Source: Octopus vulgaris
Taxonomy: Eukaryota
Length of the DNA: 64,000 nucleotides
Reading direction: 5' to 3'
NCBI GenBank assembly: GCA_951406725.2
Contig: OX597831.1
Location: 6,572,001-6,636,000 of the forward strand
The notes below the pieces were generated by a model, which was not told the DNA's origin, made no database searches, and was given only the letters and a program-made list of their open reading frames with translations. Positions 24,570 to 38,672 of the stretch are shown here, in pieces. The number at the start of each line of letters is the position of its first letter. The first letter of the stretch is position 1. The translations under genes were made by a program, and so were the position numbers.

Positions 24570-24882
24570 CGTTTATATATTTTTGTTTTGCAAGATTTTT
24601 AATGTGAAATCGTGTGTTGAAACAGATAGTGTTGTATTTAGGAATGGTCATTTTGCCAGTTTAGCCAATAAAATGGCTGACTGTTAGTAAGGAGAGACAC
24701 ACAAATAAGAAAGAAGAAAGCAAAGGACCACTGATGAGGTCACAGGAGTGTGACAAAAGAACTCTGGCTGAAATAAGATTAATGTAAAAAGTAAATAACG
24801 CTGAAGCAAAGTAACACCAAATATGTAGTGCGTGTTTTTTTATAGACTAAACTGGCAAAATGACCATTCCGAAATATAACAA
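24570..24882. mobile_element. Short insertion with 13-bp TSD, inverted repeats and a hammerhead relic (Penelope-like)
   Basis: TSD tataatgtctata at 24557-24569 and 24883-24895; 43-bp inverted repeat; CTGATGA plus GTCAC/GTGAC stem. Confidence 0.6.
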
Positions 24883-25364
24883 TATAATGTCTATAGTTGC
24901 CTATAAAATACTTTTAATTTTTTTTATTCAGTTTGACTTGGACAAATCTGAATAAAAATTTTAAAAAATAAAAACTGCTCGATTTATAAAAAGTTCCTTA
25001 ATTCTGAATGTCTTCAGCTGTTTGCTGATTTCATTGCACTTTTATTCCGAACCATATTTGCAAGAAGTTGACTGCAGCAACCAAGCCAAGGACGTAGATG
25101 CCAGGAGAGGAATAAACGAAAATATTGAATGATTTAATATAATCGATAATTAACAAACAACATCAATACAAGACCGTAAAAAAATACAAACAGCTGTAAT
25201 GATTCCCTACACACACACACACACACACACACAACCATTAAAAACAAATTAAATGGTTGATCATTTGACTGAGTTTGGAAAAAAACAAACTCAGTGGTAT
25301 AAAAAAATAACAAAATCAAAGTGAAAAAAAACCAATAAAACAAATCAAATTAATGATTTGTATA

Positions 25365-25365
<1 letters not shown>

Positions 25366-25395
<30 letters not shown>

Positions 25396-25402
25396 AAGAG
25401 AT

Positions 25403-25472
<70 letters not shown>

Positions 25473-25585
25473 CAGATAGATAGACAGATAGGTAGACAGA
25501 CAGACAGAGATAGATAGATAAATAGATAGACAGATAGATAGATAGACAGACAGATATAGATAGATAGATAAATAGACAGACAGAC

Positions 25586-25660
<75 letters not shown>

Positions 25661-25664
25661 TAGT

Positions 25665-25696
<32 letters not shown>

Positions 25697-25713
25697 GATA
25701 TAGATAGAGATAG

Positions 25714-25748
<35 letters not shown>

Positions 25749-25755
25749 CAGACAG
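25366..25755. repeat. (GA)n plus (GATA)n/(GACA)n microsatellite
   Basis: Direct reading. Confidence 0.95.
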
Positions 25756-26457
25756 AAAATGATTATACAAATTAGCTTATTTATAAATTTTCTTTATTAC
25801 ATTTCTGTTTCAGCATTTATCATATGTTACCAGTTTTTAGGAACGGACAGGAATAAAAGAAATGAAAGCCACTGTTGAAGAATTTGCTACAAAGTTTAAC
25901 TTTGTAGTTTATAAATGTGTCTTTAGTTTCCTGATTCAAATGAAGCTTTTAGATAAATTTTAGATTTTGGAAATATCTAGTCAGAAAATACAGTCAGAAA
26001 TGTATATCTTAATGGATTCATTTTTTTCTCTGGTAACGTTACTAATTCTTGTAACAGCAGAAACAAAATTCCCTTTTATTCAGTAAATGCTTTTTCATTG
26101 TTGAGAATTTATTGTTAGAATTTGTAGGTTGCCAAAATACTAACCAATAGGTTCCGAGGTCCCTGCAGGAGGTATTTTATTTGATTGCCTAGCTGAAAAT
26201 AGGTGCTAGTTACAAATTGGAAATATGCTTACGTTCAGACAAAGATATCAAGTCTTAGCCTAAGAAATAGTTTTAATTAAAAAAAAAAAAAAAAAAACAC
26301 CCAAAATTATTCAAACTTTTCTTCAGTAACTTGACCTTAACTTCTAAACTCAAGTTTATGAGCCAAAACTGTAGATTCTATATATTGTATTCTTCACACA
26401 TAGAACTGGCAAAAAGCAAGAATAATTCTAAATTACATCAACTTATATGTTAAATTG

Positions 26458-26757
26458 TGGAGGCGCAATGGCCCAGTGGTTAGGGGAGTGGACTCGTGGT
26501 CATAGGATTGCGATTTCAATTCCCAGACCAGGCGTTGTGAGTGTTTATTGAGCATAAACACCTAAAGCTCCACGAGGCTCCAGCAGGGGGCGGTGGTGAT
26601 CCCTGCTGTACTTTTTCACTACACTTTCTCTCACTCTTTCTTCTATTGACCTGCTCGCTTAGCCAGCGGGGTTGCATCATATGAAGGCTAAAACAATGTG
26701 AAGCACATTGTGACCAGCGATGTGTAATAACATCTGATAGCCTGGTCGGTCACGTGA
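26458..26757 (+). mobile_element. SINE family C with TSD
   Basis: Flanked by atatgttaaatt. Confidence 0.9.
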
Positions 26758-27473
26758 TATGTTAAATTACTAATAGTTATATGAAGCAAAACAAAGCCAT
26801 TTTACACACCATTATTTTGCTGGAAAACCCATAAATTGGAAGAAAATATCTTTTAGTTTGAAAGCAAATTGCTCTTCCTCTATTCATTTTCTGCTAAAAG
26901 ATGAAGTGATATTCTGAACACAGTTCCAATGAAAGTATTTTTATAAACAACTCAGCCCAAGACAACAATATTTACATGCAGTGTGTGGAAGAATGTTCAG
27001 TAAGCCATTACTGAAACACTTAATGACCCCCACTACTTTGTGGGTCATAGATTCATTCAAGTGGAACAAACTGGATTGGTGATAGTCCACAACAAAACAA
27101 GCTTCGGTTGTTGACTCAATTCCAAAATATGTTGAAATACAAAACAAGGACACAAAACAAGCGAACCAAAACATCAATGAGTAAATAAATATTAATATCG
27201 CGTTAAACAGTTGCAGATGACATGACAAGCCATCAGACCAGGTTGCTAGTCATTTAGTATCTACAAGTAGTGTCTAGGACATAGTCATTGGTATTCATCG
27301 GCTATCTAAGAATAGTCGCTTATAAATAGTCAGTTTCTTGGCAGATTAATAAATTTGTAAAAATTAGACTGAAAATAGTCATGGCCACAACAATAAATGA
27401 CAACAAAATTTCGTATACATAATGATAAATTCAGTGTTTTAGAATACATTACATTAGAGTATTACAAAAATAT

Positions 27474-27745
27474 CTTTATATATAAAAGTAAGGTTGTGTG
27501 TCTGTCTCCTACGATTTAGATTCCTAACTACTCCCACATTTTGCGGTGCAGTTTAACCAAATTCGGGTATCTTATAGTCGTGATTCATATCGAGCCCTTC
27601 TGGGTATTAGCGCGCGTCTATGATTTTAAAAAAAATTTACCATCATTTTTTTCCATTTTAATGCATTTTTGTCGCTATTATATAAAGGAAGTAACTCTCT
27701 AAAAATGTCTACGATGAGTCAACGACTTTTTAAAAAATTTACCAT
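27474..27745 (+). mobile_element. Helitron-like 5' fragment
   Basis: a|tctttatatataaaa start followed by (tgtc) repeats; truncated by a family B SINE. Confidence 0.45.
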
Positions 27746-28114
27746 CGTTCTGGATTTAGTCCCACTACGTGGCACCTTGGGCAAGTGTCTTCTACTATAG
27801 CCTCGGGTCAACCAAAGCCTTGTGAGTGGATTTGGTAGATGGAAACTGAAAGAAGCCCGTCGTATATATGTATATATATATATATGTGTGTGTATGTGTA
27901 TATGTTTGTGCATCTGTGTTTGTGTCCCCCCCCCTCTCCAACATCGCTTGACAACCGATGCTGGTGTGTTTACGTCCCCGTAACTTAGCGGTTCAGCAAA
28001 AGCGACTGATAGAATAAGTACTAGGCTTACAAAGAATAAGTCCTGGGTCGATTTGCTCGATTAAAGGCGGTGCTCCAGCATGGCCACAGTCAAAATGACT
28101 GACACAAGTAAAAT
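27745..28114 (+). mobile_element. SINE family B, 5'-truncated
   Basis: ccttgggcaagtgtcttctac CORE-like block, internal (TA/TG)n and tail aatgactgacacaagtaaaa. Confidence 0.85.
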
Positions 28115-28521
28115 AGTAGACCAGGGTGTTATTCAGTACAGAACCCTTGACAATAAAATCAAAGTATCTTTGGCTTTTAGAATAACAAGGCTGTATTTAG
28201 CCTCTGTCCTTCTTCAATATCTTTCTTCCTTTTCTCTATCATTAATTAAAGCAACATCAAAATAATAACGAATCCTTATCTTTCTCAGAAGTAATTAAAT
28301 GTTTCCAATTTTGTTTATAGTAACTGTGGTGGTCTCTTCTAGTTTATTTATTTTCTTACTTCTTTTTTGCCAGAGGTTAAAAAAAAAAAAAAAGTCATTT
28401 TACAGACAAAGAAATAAAAACTGCCTTTTGAAATAAGTGACTTCACAAGAATCATTCTTGAAATCTAAATGGACACAGAACATCTATAAAGATGACAAAT
28501 GTATTTAATGATGATGTAATG

Positions 28522-28554
<33 letters not shown>

Positions 28555-29071
28555 CAACTAGCAGAGATAGCTTGGGATTGAAATGGCATAGTTTGTATAT
28601 GTATATATTACAGTTATGTTGAAACAGGTGATAGGAGAAAATTGACGACAAAACATTTGTGGAGTAAATAATGGGCTAATTTGACTAAGCAACATGCCAT
28701 GCGTCCATTTGGAATATTCCAGGCCCTAACCCGTCATGGAAAATTGGGAGTGGGGTGGGGGTATATGAATTTTGAGCGCACTGCAAAGCTGTTAGTGGAT
28801 ATACTCTCATTTGGGGCAGTCGGCGCTGTGTCTAACACGACCCACTGTCTGACGTTTTGACACCTCCTTTGGGGTTTGTTGCCCTACATCACTCATAAAG
28901 TAAATTTGGAGGAACTGTGGTTGCTCATTTGTGGCTAACAGGGAACAAATCATGTGTGTGTGTGTGTGTGTGTGTGCAAACCAAATATTTATAAAAAACA
29001 AATTTAAGAAAGAAAGAGAAGACAACCTAACAATACATATCAAATACTAAATTCTTTCTTATTTTATTGCC

Positions 29072-29336
29072 TTACTGGCACCTGTGCCAGTGGCATGTGT
29101 AAAAGATTCGAGCGAGGTTGTTGCCTGTACTGCCGGACTGGTCCCATGCCGGTGGCATGTAAAAAGCACCCACTACACTCTCGAAGTGATTGGCATTAGG
29201 AAGGGCATCCAGCTGTAGAAACTCTGCCAAATCAAGATTGAAGCCTGGTGCAGCCATCTGGTTCGCCAGCCCTCAGTCATTCGTCCGACCCATGCTAGCA
29301 TGGAAAGCGGATGTTAAATGATGATGATGATGATGA
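29072..29336 (+). mobile_element. Retroposon family E
   Basis: Colinear with 4770-5030. Confidence 0.85.
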
Positions 29337-29945
29337 TTTTCTCTTTCAAACATAAAAAGAGGAAATGAAAGAAACTCATGCTCAGGACTCAGACGTTCTT
29401 TATGTTCCGACTGTTTGTTAAGATGTGTACAGGTCAAGAGAAAGAAGCATTCGCTGTGGTCAGCCATTCAGGATCTTGGATTTGTCCAATATGTGCAGGG
29501 TGTCGGCAATGACAACTCCAGTAAGGTGTGATGAGAGACATTAGTGAATAGCTGAAGGTGACAGAGTCCACAGAGCCCGGGGACATTCAGTATGAAACCG
29601 TACATGATGAAAATGGAGAAGTTACCATGAGAACCATAACAGCCCACCACCACCACATCATGTGGCCTAAGTCTCATCAGTTTAAAACTCCCCCACTCTA
29701 GACTATGGGCCATCATCAGATGGCACAAAGGCTGACCAACCAGTGACCACACAGTACCCAGGGATTTATTGGGGGCAACTTGATCCTGGCACACAGTCAT
29801 TTCTGGGGCTGTCAGTAGGGCAGGTTTTTTTTTTTTTTTTGGTTTGTACCATTAAACATGGGTTTGTTTGTTTTTTAATTTGATGTCTTTGATTTTCTTT
29901 GTATAGTGTTTTGTTCTCTGGTTTAGAGAGAAAGAGAGTGTGTTC

Positions 29946-29991
<46 letters not shown>

Positions 29992-30814
29992 CAGAGGTTC
30001 GTTTTCAATAGTTTAAAAGTTTACATTCAATATGAAATAATTTAGAAATCTTTTCAACTTGATTATAGCCATAGAAATAATATTTAACGATATTCTGATG
30101 CTAATAGAGAGTCTATATAAAACCACTCTAATTGGAAATTAAGACTAAATCTGCAATAACATATCAGATTATATACACAAAGCCAGAAATGTGAAAAAAG
30201 ATGGTAAGCTAAAGCTATGGAGGTCTATATTGAGAAAAGGACTATCACCATTGCTGTAATTTCTTCCTGGCACAAAATAAAAAAACAGCATCATATATAA
30301 TTAAGAAGACAAAACTATGAAAATAAAATTATATTAAAGAAAAAAAATAAAGATTTCTGAAATAAAGGAACTCACAGACAGGGGTTGTGTTATGGCTCCA
30401 ACGAAATAAAATACTTTCAGCAAAAACTGATGAACAAAAAGACACACCAATTGTGTTCTATCCAACTCAGAAAATGGCCACTTAACTAACAATTCCTCTT
30501 TATACAGGCAATTATCTCTTTAATAACAGGAAAATGACAATTTATTCGTCAGCTCAAATTAATTAACAGATAAAAGTAAACAAGGCACTGCCCAAAACAA
30601 TAAACTCAACAGTTATTTTAGAGTTTATCTAAAACAAGCATTTCAAAAAAATACTTTCAAGAAATATTACAAGAAGACAGTTTTTTATACCAACAGAAAT
30701 CCAAAGAATATTAAAGAATAAGAAATATTTAATGGTTTTCAAGAGGGCATAGATTTCAAATCTATAAATAATACCAGTAGCTATTTTTTTCCCCATGCTT
30801 TCATATAGATGATA

Positions 30815-31378
30815 ATCATCATTTAACATCCGTTGTCCATGCTGGCATGGGTTGGACAGTTTGACCAAGGCTGCACCAGACTCCAGTCTGATTTGGCAGG
30901 GTTTCTATGGCCGGATGCCCTTCCTAACGCCAACCACTCCTTGCGTGTAATGGGTGTTTTTACATGCCAATTGCATGACACCAGTATCTGCAACAACTGC
31001 GATTTTGCTCAGCTTGGTGGGTCTTCTTCTCAAGCACGACATAATGCCAAAGATCTCAGTCATTGCCTCTTTGAGGCCCAACACTCAAAAGGTGCTTGTT
31101 ACGTGCCACCGGCATCATCCACCTAAAGGTCCAATGCGCAAAAGGTGCCTTTCACGTGCCAGTTACATAAGGCCAGCATCAGCCACAACTATAATTTCAT
31201 TTGGCTAGACAGGTTTTCTCAAGCACAGCATATCGCCAAAGGTCTCGGTCACTGGTCATTGCCTCTGTGAGGCCCAAAGTTCATACTTCACCACCTCGTC
31301 CCATATCTTCCTGGGTCTACCTCTATCACAGGTTCCCTCCACAGTTAGAGATCAGCACTTCTTTGCACAGCTGTCCTG

Positions 31379-31380
<2 letters not shown>
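30815..31380 (-). mobile_element. Family E-related element with longer 5' region
   Basis: E tail and core at the left end, followed by internally duplicated sequence. Confidence 0.65.
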
Positions 31381-31411
<31 letters not shown>

Positions 31412-31992
31412 AAAGGTGACAGGCTGGCAGAAACGTTAGCATGCCGGGCGAAATGCTTAGTGGTATTTCATCTGCTGTTACGTCCCGAGTTCAAATTCCG
31501 TCGAGGTCGACTCTGCCTTTCATCCTTTCGGGGTTGATTAAATAAGTACCAGTTAAGCACTGGGGTCGATATAATCGACTTAATCCGTTAGTCTGTCCTT
31601 GTTTGTCCGCTCTGTGTTTAGCCCCCTGTGGGTAGTAAAGAGATAAGTATTTCATCTGCCACTACATTCCGAGTTCAAACTCCACCAAGGTTGACTTGCC
31701 TTTCATCTTTTCGGGGTTGATAAAATAAGTACCAGTTGAACACTGGGGTCAATGTAATCGACTTGCCTCCTCCCCCAAAACTGCTGCCCTTGTGGCAAAA
31801 TTTGAAACATGCAGGTTGAAATACCTAGCAGTATTTTGTGTCTTCATGTTCTGAGTTCAAATTCTGCTAAGGTCAACTTAATCTTTCGTCCTTTTGGGGT
31901 CGATAAAATAAATACCAGTTGAGTACTGGGGTAGATGTAATTGACTATCCCCCTCTCCTGAAATTTCAGACCTTGTGCCTATAATAGAAAGG
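31412..31992 (+). mobile_element. SINE family A multimer (three units) between (TTA)n tracts
   Basis: Three successive B-box plus core segments with different tails. Confidence 0.85.
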
Positions 31993-32460
31993 ATTATTAT
32001 TATTATTATTATTACTATTATTATAAGGTATGAGACGGAAGTTTAATGGTAGAGTCAGTTTGACTCATTAATTCATGACTACTTCTCTCAACCTAATTAA
32101 CATAGTATTGAATAAATTAGTGGAATGTTGAATTGCTGTTGCTGCTGCTACTACTGCTGCTCCATCCCTTTCTTCCAATTCCTAACAAACCCTGATCTTG
32201 AGGGATTGCAGTCTAATTAAGAGTTTCATTACCATTGCCAATTCCTCTGTTATTAATATTTCTACGTTTAAGGACAAAAATGACAACAGCTGTAAATTGC
32301 CCCAATAAAATGTCTTGCGGGATATAATATTACCCCATCAAATAGCAAGAAGTATGCACCTGGGTTACACAGAGTTGTAGAACCAAACACATTTTCCATT
32401 CAATGCTCTCAATTGGGCTCCCAGACATTTTATAGAAATTGGTGAGGTTTTGCTATTTTT

Positions 32461-32856
32461 AGGAGTGGCTGTGTGGTAAGTAGCTTGTTTACCAACCACA
32501 TGGTTCCGGGTTCAGTCCCACTGCGTGGCACCTTGGGCAAGTGTCTTCTACTATAGCCTCGGGCTGACCAAAGCCTTGTGAGTGGATTTGGTAGACGGAA
32601 ACTGAAAAGAAGCCCGTCGTATATATGTATATATGTATATATGCGTGTGTGTGTTTGTGTGTCTGTGTTTGTTCCCCTAGCATTGCTTGACAACCGATGC
32701 TGGTGTGTTTACGTCCCCGTCACTAAGCGGATCGGCAAAAGAGACCGATAGAATAAGTACTGGGCTTACAAAAAGAATAAGTCCCGGGGTCGAGTTGCTC
32801 AATTAAAGGCGGTGCTCCAGCACGGCTGCAGTCAAATGACTGAAACAAGTAAAAGA
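32461..32856 (+). mobile_element. SINE family B, full length
   Basis: tggctgtgtggtaag A-box, ggttcagtccc B-box, CORE-like block and conserved tail. Confidence 0.9.
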
Positions 32857-33304
32857 GTATATATTTTTATCTATATATATATATATATATACACACATAT
32901 ATATTGATATAATACTATATAATATGGTGTAAAATGTGTTTGCTTTGGCTGTGGTTTTGTCACTGAGTGTGGTTCTTCCTACTGCCAACCACTACGTAGT
33001 GGACTAAGTGCATTTAATTTGGAAATAGCACAAGTTGTGTGAAAGACAGAATAATAAGTATTATTGTAATTGAACATCAGTTGAATTTTGATGTGGGTGC
33101 TGCCAAAGGAGGTTAATGTTAAAATGGGTGACACTTGAATAAGATGCAGGGGGAAGAGGGGCTGGACAGAGTGAAAAACAGTCTTTTGGATGTGGAACTG
33201 TATGGGAAACCTGAGCACAAATAGAACGAGAAGACACTTCAGCATTAACAACATTGTCCAGGGTATTCAAAAGAAGCAGCTGCATTGATATATATATATA
33301 TATA

Positions 33305-33347
<43 letters not shown>

Positions 33348-33687
33348 GCATGCATACATATTGTGTGTAGACAGCAGCTGTTGGGTGGTAAAGTACTCAA
33401 GTAATGTGTGTATTGATAAAGGAATATATTTTCAGAATCAGAAGAGATGATTTTGTGGTAAAGTTTGATGTAAAGATGTTGTTCCAGCCTCACAGACAAG
33501 AAAATGCAGAAACATGAAGAATGGTTAATATGTTATAGCATGAAAAACTGATTAAAATAATCTTGATAATAATAGAATCAAAACTATAATTTTCAAAGAA
33601 TTTTAGGGGGACTTTTCTCTGTAAAACTAGTATTGCTATACCAGTGAAAATTAAATGAAACATCTTTCTTTTCAATGGTATTGTAAC

Positions 33688-33894
33688 TGGCAGAAACATT
33701 AGCACGCCAGGCGAAATGCGTAGCCGTATTTCTTCTGCCGTTACGTTCCGAGTTCAAATTCCGCCGAGGTCGACTTTGTCTTTCATCCTTTCGGGATCGA
33801 TTAAATAAGTACCAGTTACGCACTGGGGTCGATATAATCGACTTAATCCGTTTGTCCTCTCTGTGTTTAGCCCCTTGTGGGTAGTAAAGAAATA
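33688..33894 (+). mobile_element. SINE family A, slightly 5'-truncated, with TSD
   Basis: Flanked by ggtattgtaac direct repeats. Confidence 0.9.
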
Positions 33895-34699
33895 GGTATT
33901 GTAACATTTTTGTTTTTAAATGAAGCTATTTCTATTGTTTGGATTACATATTCTTGCCAACTTCACCGAAAAACCAAATGAATGTAGAAAGTCGGCCACA
34001 GCAAAACTTACATTGCTACCTTCACGATATTACTCTATCATGTAGAATTATTTGTCTCAGGTGCTTTACTTGAAATTCTTATCTGAAAGTGACTTTATTT
34101 TTTCATCTACAGAATGTGATGCATGGTATGTCAAAAATCTTAAAACATTTTATCTTTTGACCCAAACTTCAATTATTCCACTTTGGTCACTAAGAACCAA
34201 TAAAACTCAAAGGTTAAGAAGCAAATATAATTTAAGATCAAAGTGCACAACATCTCTGTGAGATGCTGTTGTTTCTCCGCTCATTCATTCGATAATCCAA
34301 AACACATTTCTTTCCAACCTCAAAACCCAAGCTCCACATCTACAAAATCATTTCCCTTCTCCACAATTCCCTTTCGATTCTGCTTCAATGCTTAATATTT
34401 CCTCTGCAACTTGGCCATATACAATACATAAAAACTACAGTAATTCTTGGTAAACAAGCCTTCTTACCTGAATTCATTGAAGCAGCAAAATGTATTACAA
34501 GTATTTTTTTTTTTTTACCATGTCTTTAACTATTCCTTAGTCTTCATAAAGTCAGAAATCAAAAGGCATTTTACGAAGAAGTACATTACAGTGCAAGAAT
34601 AAAAGGTTTTACAATTGCCAAAAAATCATTAGAAAAAGCAGAGGCAGAACTGTTAATTTATTCCAACAGCAGTCACATTCCAATTCCATGCCAACATCT

Positions 34700-35240
34700 C
34701 TTCATTTCAGCAAACCAACCTGGAAGCCATTCAGCGATGTGCAACCAAGAGAATACCCTCCATAAGACATCTGCCATATTCTGGATGCCTTACTTCCCTG
34801 GGCATGGACACATTGAAACTCCGACGTCTGGTAGCTGACTTGGCAGACATCCATAAAATTATTAACCATCTTACTAACAATAACTCTGAGCACCTTTTCA
34901 AACTCCACCTGTCTAACACCCGTGGACATGTTTACAAAGTCAGAAAACAGCACAGCTCCCATGACTTTCGGAAACATTTTTTCACACTAAGAGTTGCTGA
35001 AGCATGGAACAAACTGCCGGCATCAGTTGTTAGTTGTCGGAGCACTGCATCCTTCAAAACTTCCATGCTTCCTGAGATTTGCCAACACTACACCTGATTT
35101 TCTCCCCTCCATACACACGCAAGCATGTATCTGACTCATACACTGTTCGCTTCCCAGACATTTGTACATTACTGCATATGCTTTATACACACTTTTCACA
35201 AGTTGTGGTGCACCTGAGCACTGTATACAATAATTTGTAT
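34700..35240 (+). mobile_element. CR1-type LINE 3' end
   Basis: LEAIQRCATK, LKLRRL..DL, TRGH and FFTLRVAEAWNKLP, plus 3' UTR. Confidence 0.85.
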
Positions 35241-35241
35241 A

Positions 35242-35474
35242 CAAGGCAGCGAGCTGGCAGAAACATTAGCACACCGGGCCAAATGTTTAGCGGTATTTCG
35301 TCTGCCGCTACATTCTGAGTTCAAATTCCGCCAAGGTCGACTTTGTCTTTCATCCTTTCGGGGTCGATTCAATAAGTACCAGTTACGCACTAGGGTCGAT
35401 GTGATCGAATTAATCCGTTTGTCTGTCCTTGTTTGTCCCCTCTGTGTTAAGCCCCTTGTGAGTAGTAAAGAAAT
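35242..35474 (+). mobile_element. SINE family A inserted in the tail of a CR1 element
   Basis: Full unit; tgtatacaataattt repeated on both sides. Confidence 0.9.
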
Positions 35475-35990
35475 ATGTATACAATAATTTCATTATTATT
35501 ATTATTATTAGAACCTTTTCTGCTTCTGCTTAATCAAGACGGTTCCTTACACAACACCAATAACATCTTCATCATCCACAACACGACTTCCTTTTCTGCC
35601 GTTTCCAATCCTAAATCACCGTAGATCCACCACTTTTCTACAATCCTGGATTCAGACTTAAATTTCTCAATCTTCCAAGTTCAAACATTAGCCATTACAC
35701 TCAAGTAAATTATTTCACAATTAGTGCCTATACTAATTAGTGTCTATACAAATGAAAGACTTTTGAGGTAGCTAACCACCCAATCCCTCCTCATCAGTTT
35801 TTATGGAATCAATCATTAACAATCATTTCCAACTTCCTCACACACACACACACACACACACACCACACACACACACACACATATTTTACTCCCCTCTTCA
35901 AGTGAATATCAATATGAATATTTAAAATCTAGGTCCACAACTAATCTACTAATTAATACATATAACAGTAGGCTATATAATATTATTACT

Positions 35991-36037
<47 letters not shown>

Positions 36038-36732
36038 AGATAATGAAAAGCACACAAAGGACTTGTTATTTTGCTTTGAAAAATGTTTTATCAAGCTTCT
36101 TAAATGCTTTTGTATTCCTGTGAAAATCCAGTTCCTCTCCTATATGTTTGATATTTTAATCTAAGAATTTGGGAGAGGGCAACCAGTTCCCAGGATCATT
36201 GCAGGCCTTCCATTGATGAGGAGACTGATCAGCAGAGTGGGACTAATAAAGGACTGCAGTTCTGGGGAGAAGGGCCAGGATGGAGTGGGTTGTACTGGGT
36301 CAAATAGACCATATTGTACAGGTTTTACAACTAATTCTGAAGAGCAGAACCTGTTGTAATGCTGATAGAAAAACAATAAATCAGAAAAGAGAAAAGAATC
36401 CAGTTCAGAAGAAGATCAATGAGTCGATTATTGCCAATCAATTTTCCATTGAATGGGATTTGGAATCTCTGTTGATCTTCACCCATTTAGAATGTCTCCC
36501 AATTTTTACACCATTCAATATATCCAAATAGATGTTATAATTCTCCATTAAGCAACATCCTTCAAATCAAACATCCCCTTGAATTACTACCACCAGGTAT
36601 CAATGATAACCTTTATTGAGTTTACCATCCAGGATTTGATCCTCTAAGAATATTTAACTCCAAAATGTAAATGATATCTTTTCAATCAAGGACATCTCCT
36701 CTCTAACAAACTGCCTTACCAAAGATACTAAG

Positions 36733-37101
36733 ACGAGCACTATGACCTGGCAACGCCGGGTCATAGTGCTAGTGCATGCATATACAGCTGTGTGCGTGCG
36801 TACATACACGCGAGTACTGTCCAAATCTCCAACCAATCACATACAGCTAGCTGGCATTCAATTGGTGTATCAAGTTTCAGACATTTTGATTGGGTTTTGG
36901 ATAGAAAATTCACAAAAGAGTCACTTCTATTGATTTTTTAATGGCTCTGTGGGGGTGACTGGGGAAATGTAAAGATGTGCACGACCACCCTTGGACGGTT
37001 TTGAATGACCATAGAAAGTGTGAGCCCTCTAACTGAAAAATTGTGGATTTGTATAAAGGACACACACACACAGACATTTTGCTGTTTATATATATAGAGA
37101 T
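36733..37101 (-). mobile_element. Non-autonomous Helitron-like element
   Basis: Minus-strand 5' TCtctatatata start; 3' GC-rich hairpin ending in degenerate CTAG. Confidence 0.7.
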
Positions 37102-37325
37102 AAAAACTGAAAGGAAAAAGATAGCTTCAGAACAAAGAAATATTTCAAACAATTTTATGGATTATAACATGTTACTACTTTCTTGAATCACTGGAATCTT
37201 AAACAACACCTAAAAGTAAACTATTGACCTTTGAGAAGCTAAGTTGTTTTGTTTTTGTTTGTTTTTTGTTTTTTACATAAACATTCAACTTGCTAAAATT
37301 CTCCCTCAAATCAGGAGGCCACCTT

Positions 37326-37965
37326 TTAACCCTTTACCATTCACATTATTCTCTCAACTTAAATTCTTATTCATTCACATTCATCATCATCATCATTATC
37401 ATCGTTTAACGTCCGCTTTCCATGCTGGCATGGGTTGGACGATTTTGACTGAGGGCTGGCGAACCAGACGGTTGCACCAGGCTCCAATCATGATCTGGCA
37501 AAGTTTCTACAGCTGGATGCCCTTCCTAATGCCAACCACTCCGAGAGTGTAGTGGGTGCTTTTTACGTGCCACCAGCATGGGGCCAGTCAGGCGGCACTG
37601 GCAAAAGCCACGCTCGAATCTTTTTACACATGCCACCGGCACAGGTGCCAGTAAGGCGACGTTGGTAACGATCACACTCGAATGGTGCCCTTTTACGTGC
37701 CACTGGCACGGAGCCAGTTGGCTGCTCTGTCAACGATCACCCTCGTATGGTGCTCTTTGCACCCCGCTAGCATGGATGCCAGTTGTCGGATTTGATTTCT
37801 GAATTAATTATGCATTATCTCATTGCTTTGATACTTTGATGATGTGGTTGTAAATTTTTAGAATGACATTGTAGGGTAGGTGTAAGAGGCCAGTTTTTGA
37901 CAGTCTGAGTATGAAACAGGTAGAATATTTGGGTTGGTTTTGGTTGGTTTCAATGCTAAAGGAAT
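37326..37965 (+). mobile_element. MITE family G interrupted by a family E element (about 37381-37800, minus)
   Basis: ttaaccctttacc start and aatgctaaagg end; the body is split by an E copy with a (cat)n tail. Confidence 0.75.
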
Positions 37966-38459
37966 GAAAGATGATTTATCACACCTGGAATATCTCTATT
38001 TAGAAATCTGATTAAGGATGACACGAAGATTAACGACAATAATTTGTCTCTGACAAAATTTTTCAAAGCCTGCTCCACCATACCTGCTTCTTTCCCCTTC
38101 AAGTACAATGGCAATGGATTATCTACTTAATCCTCTTTATCACATTTAACCAACAGACACTTGAATCACACCTGTTCGTTTCTACATCGCTCACACCAAA
38201 TATCACGGCTATTCTGTTTTTTCAGAATGTCAAGCCTGATAAAGTCTTTTCCTAATAATAAATACGTCAGCGTAAAAGATTTCCAGTTCTTCAGATATTT
38301 AATAACCAGATACAAGTAAACAGAGAAGACATCTCAATATATAAAACTGAAAAATCTATTTCTTATCGTCTTTCTTACAGATAACCATCCACTAATTGTG
38401 ACATAACCTCAGACACTTATGTACGTGCACATCTCACAAACACACAGTGACATGCACGT

Positions 38460-38469
38460 TATATATATG

Positions 38470-38510
<41 letters not shown>

Positions 38511-38603
38511 ACCGAACATATACATACATATACAAACACAAACATATGCAATCACATACGTATACATATACATCCACATATATATATATCCATACATATA
38601 CAT

Positions 38604-38672
<69 letters not shown>

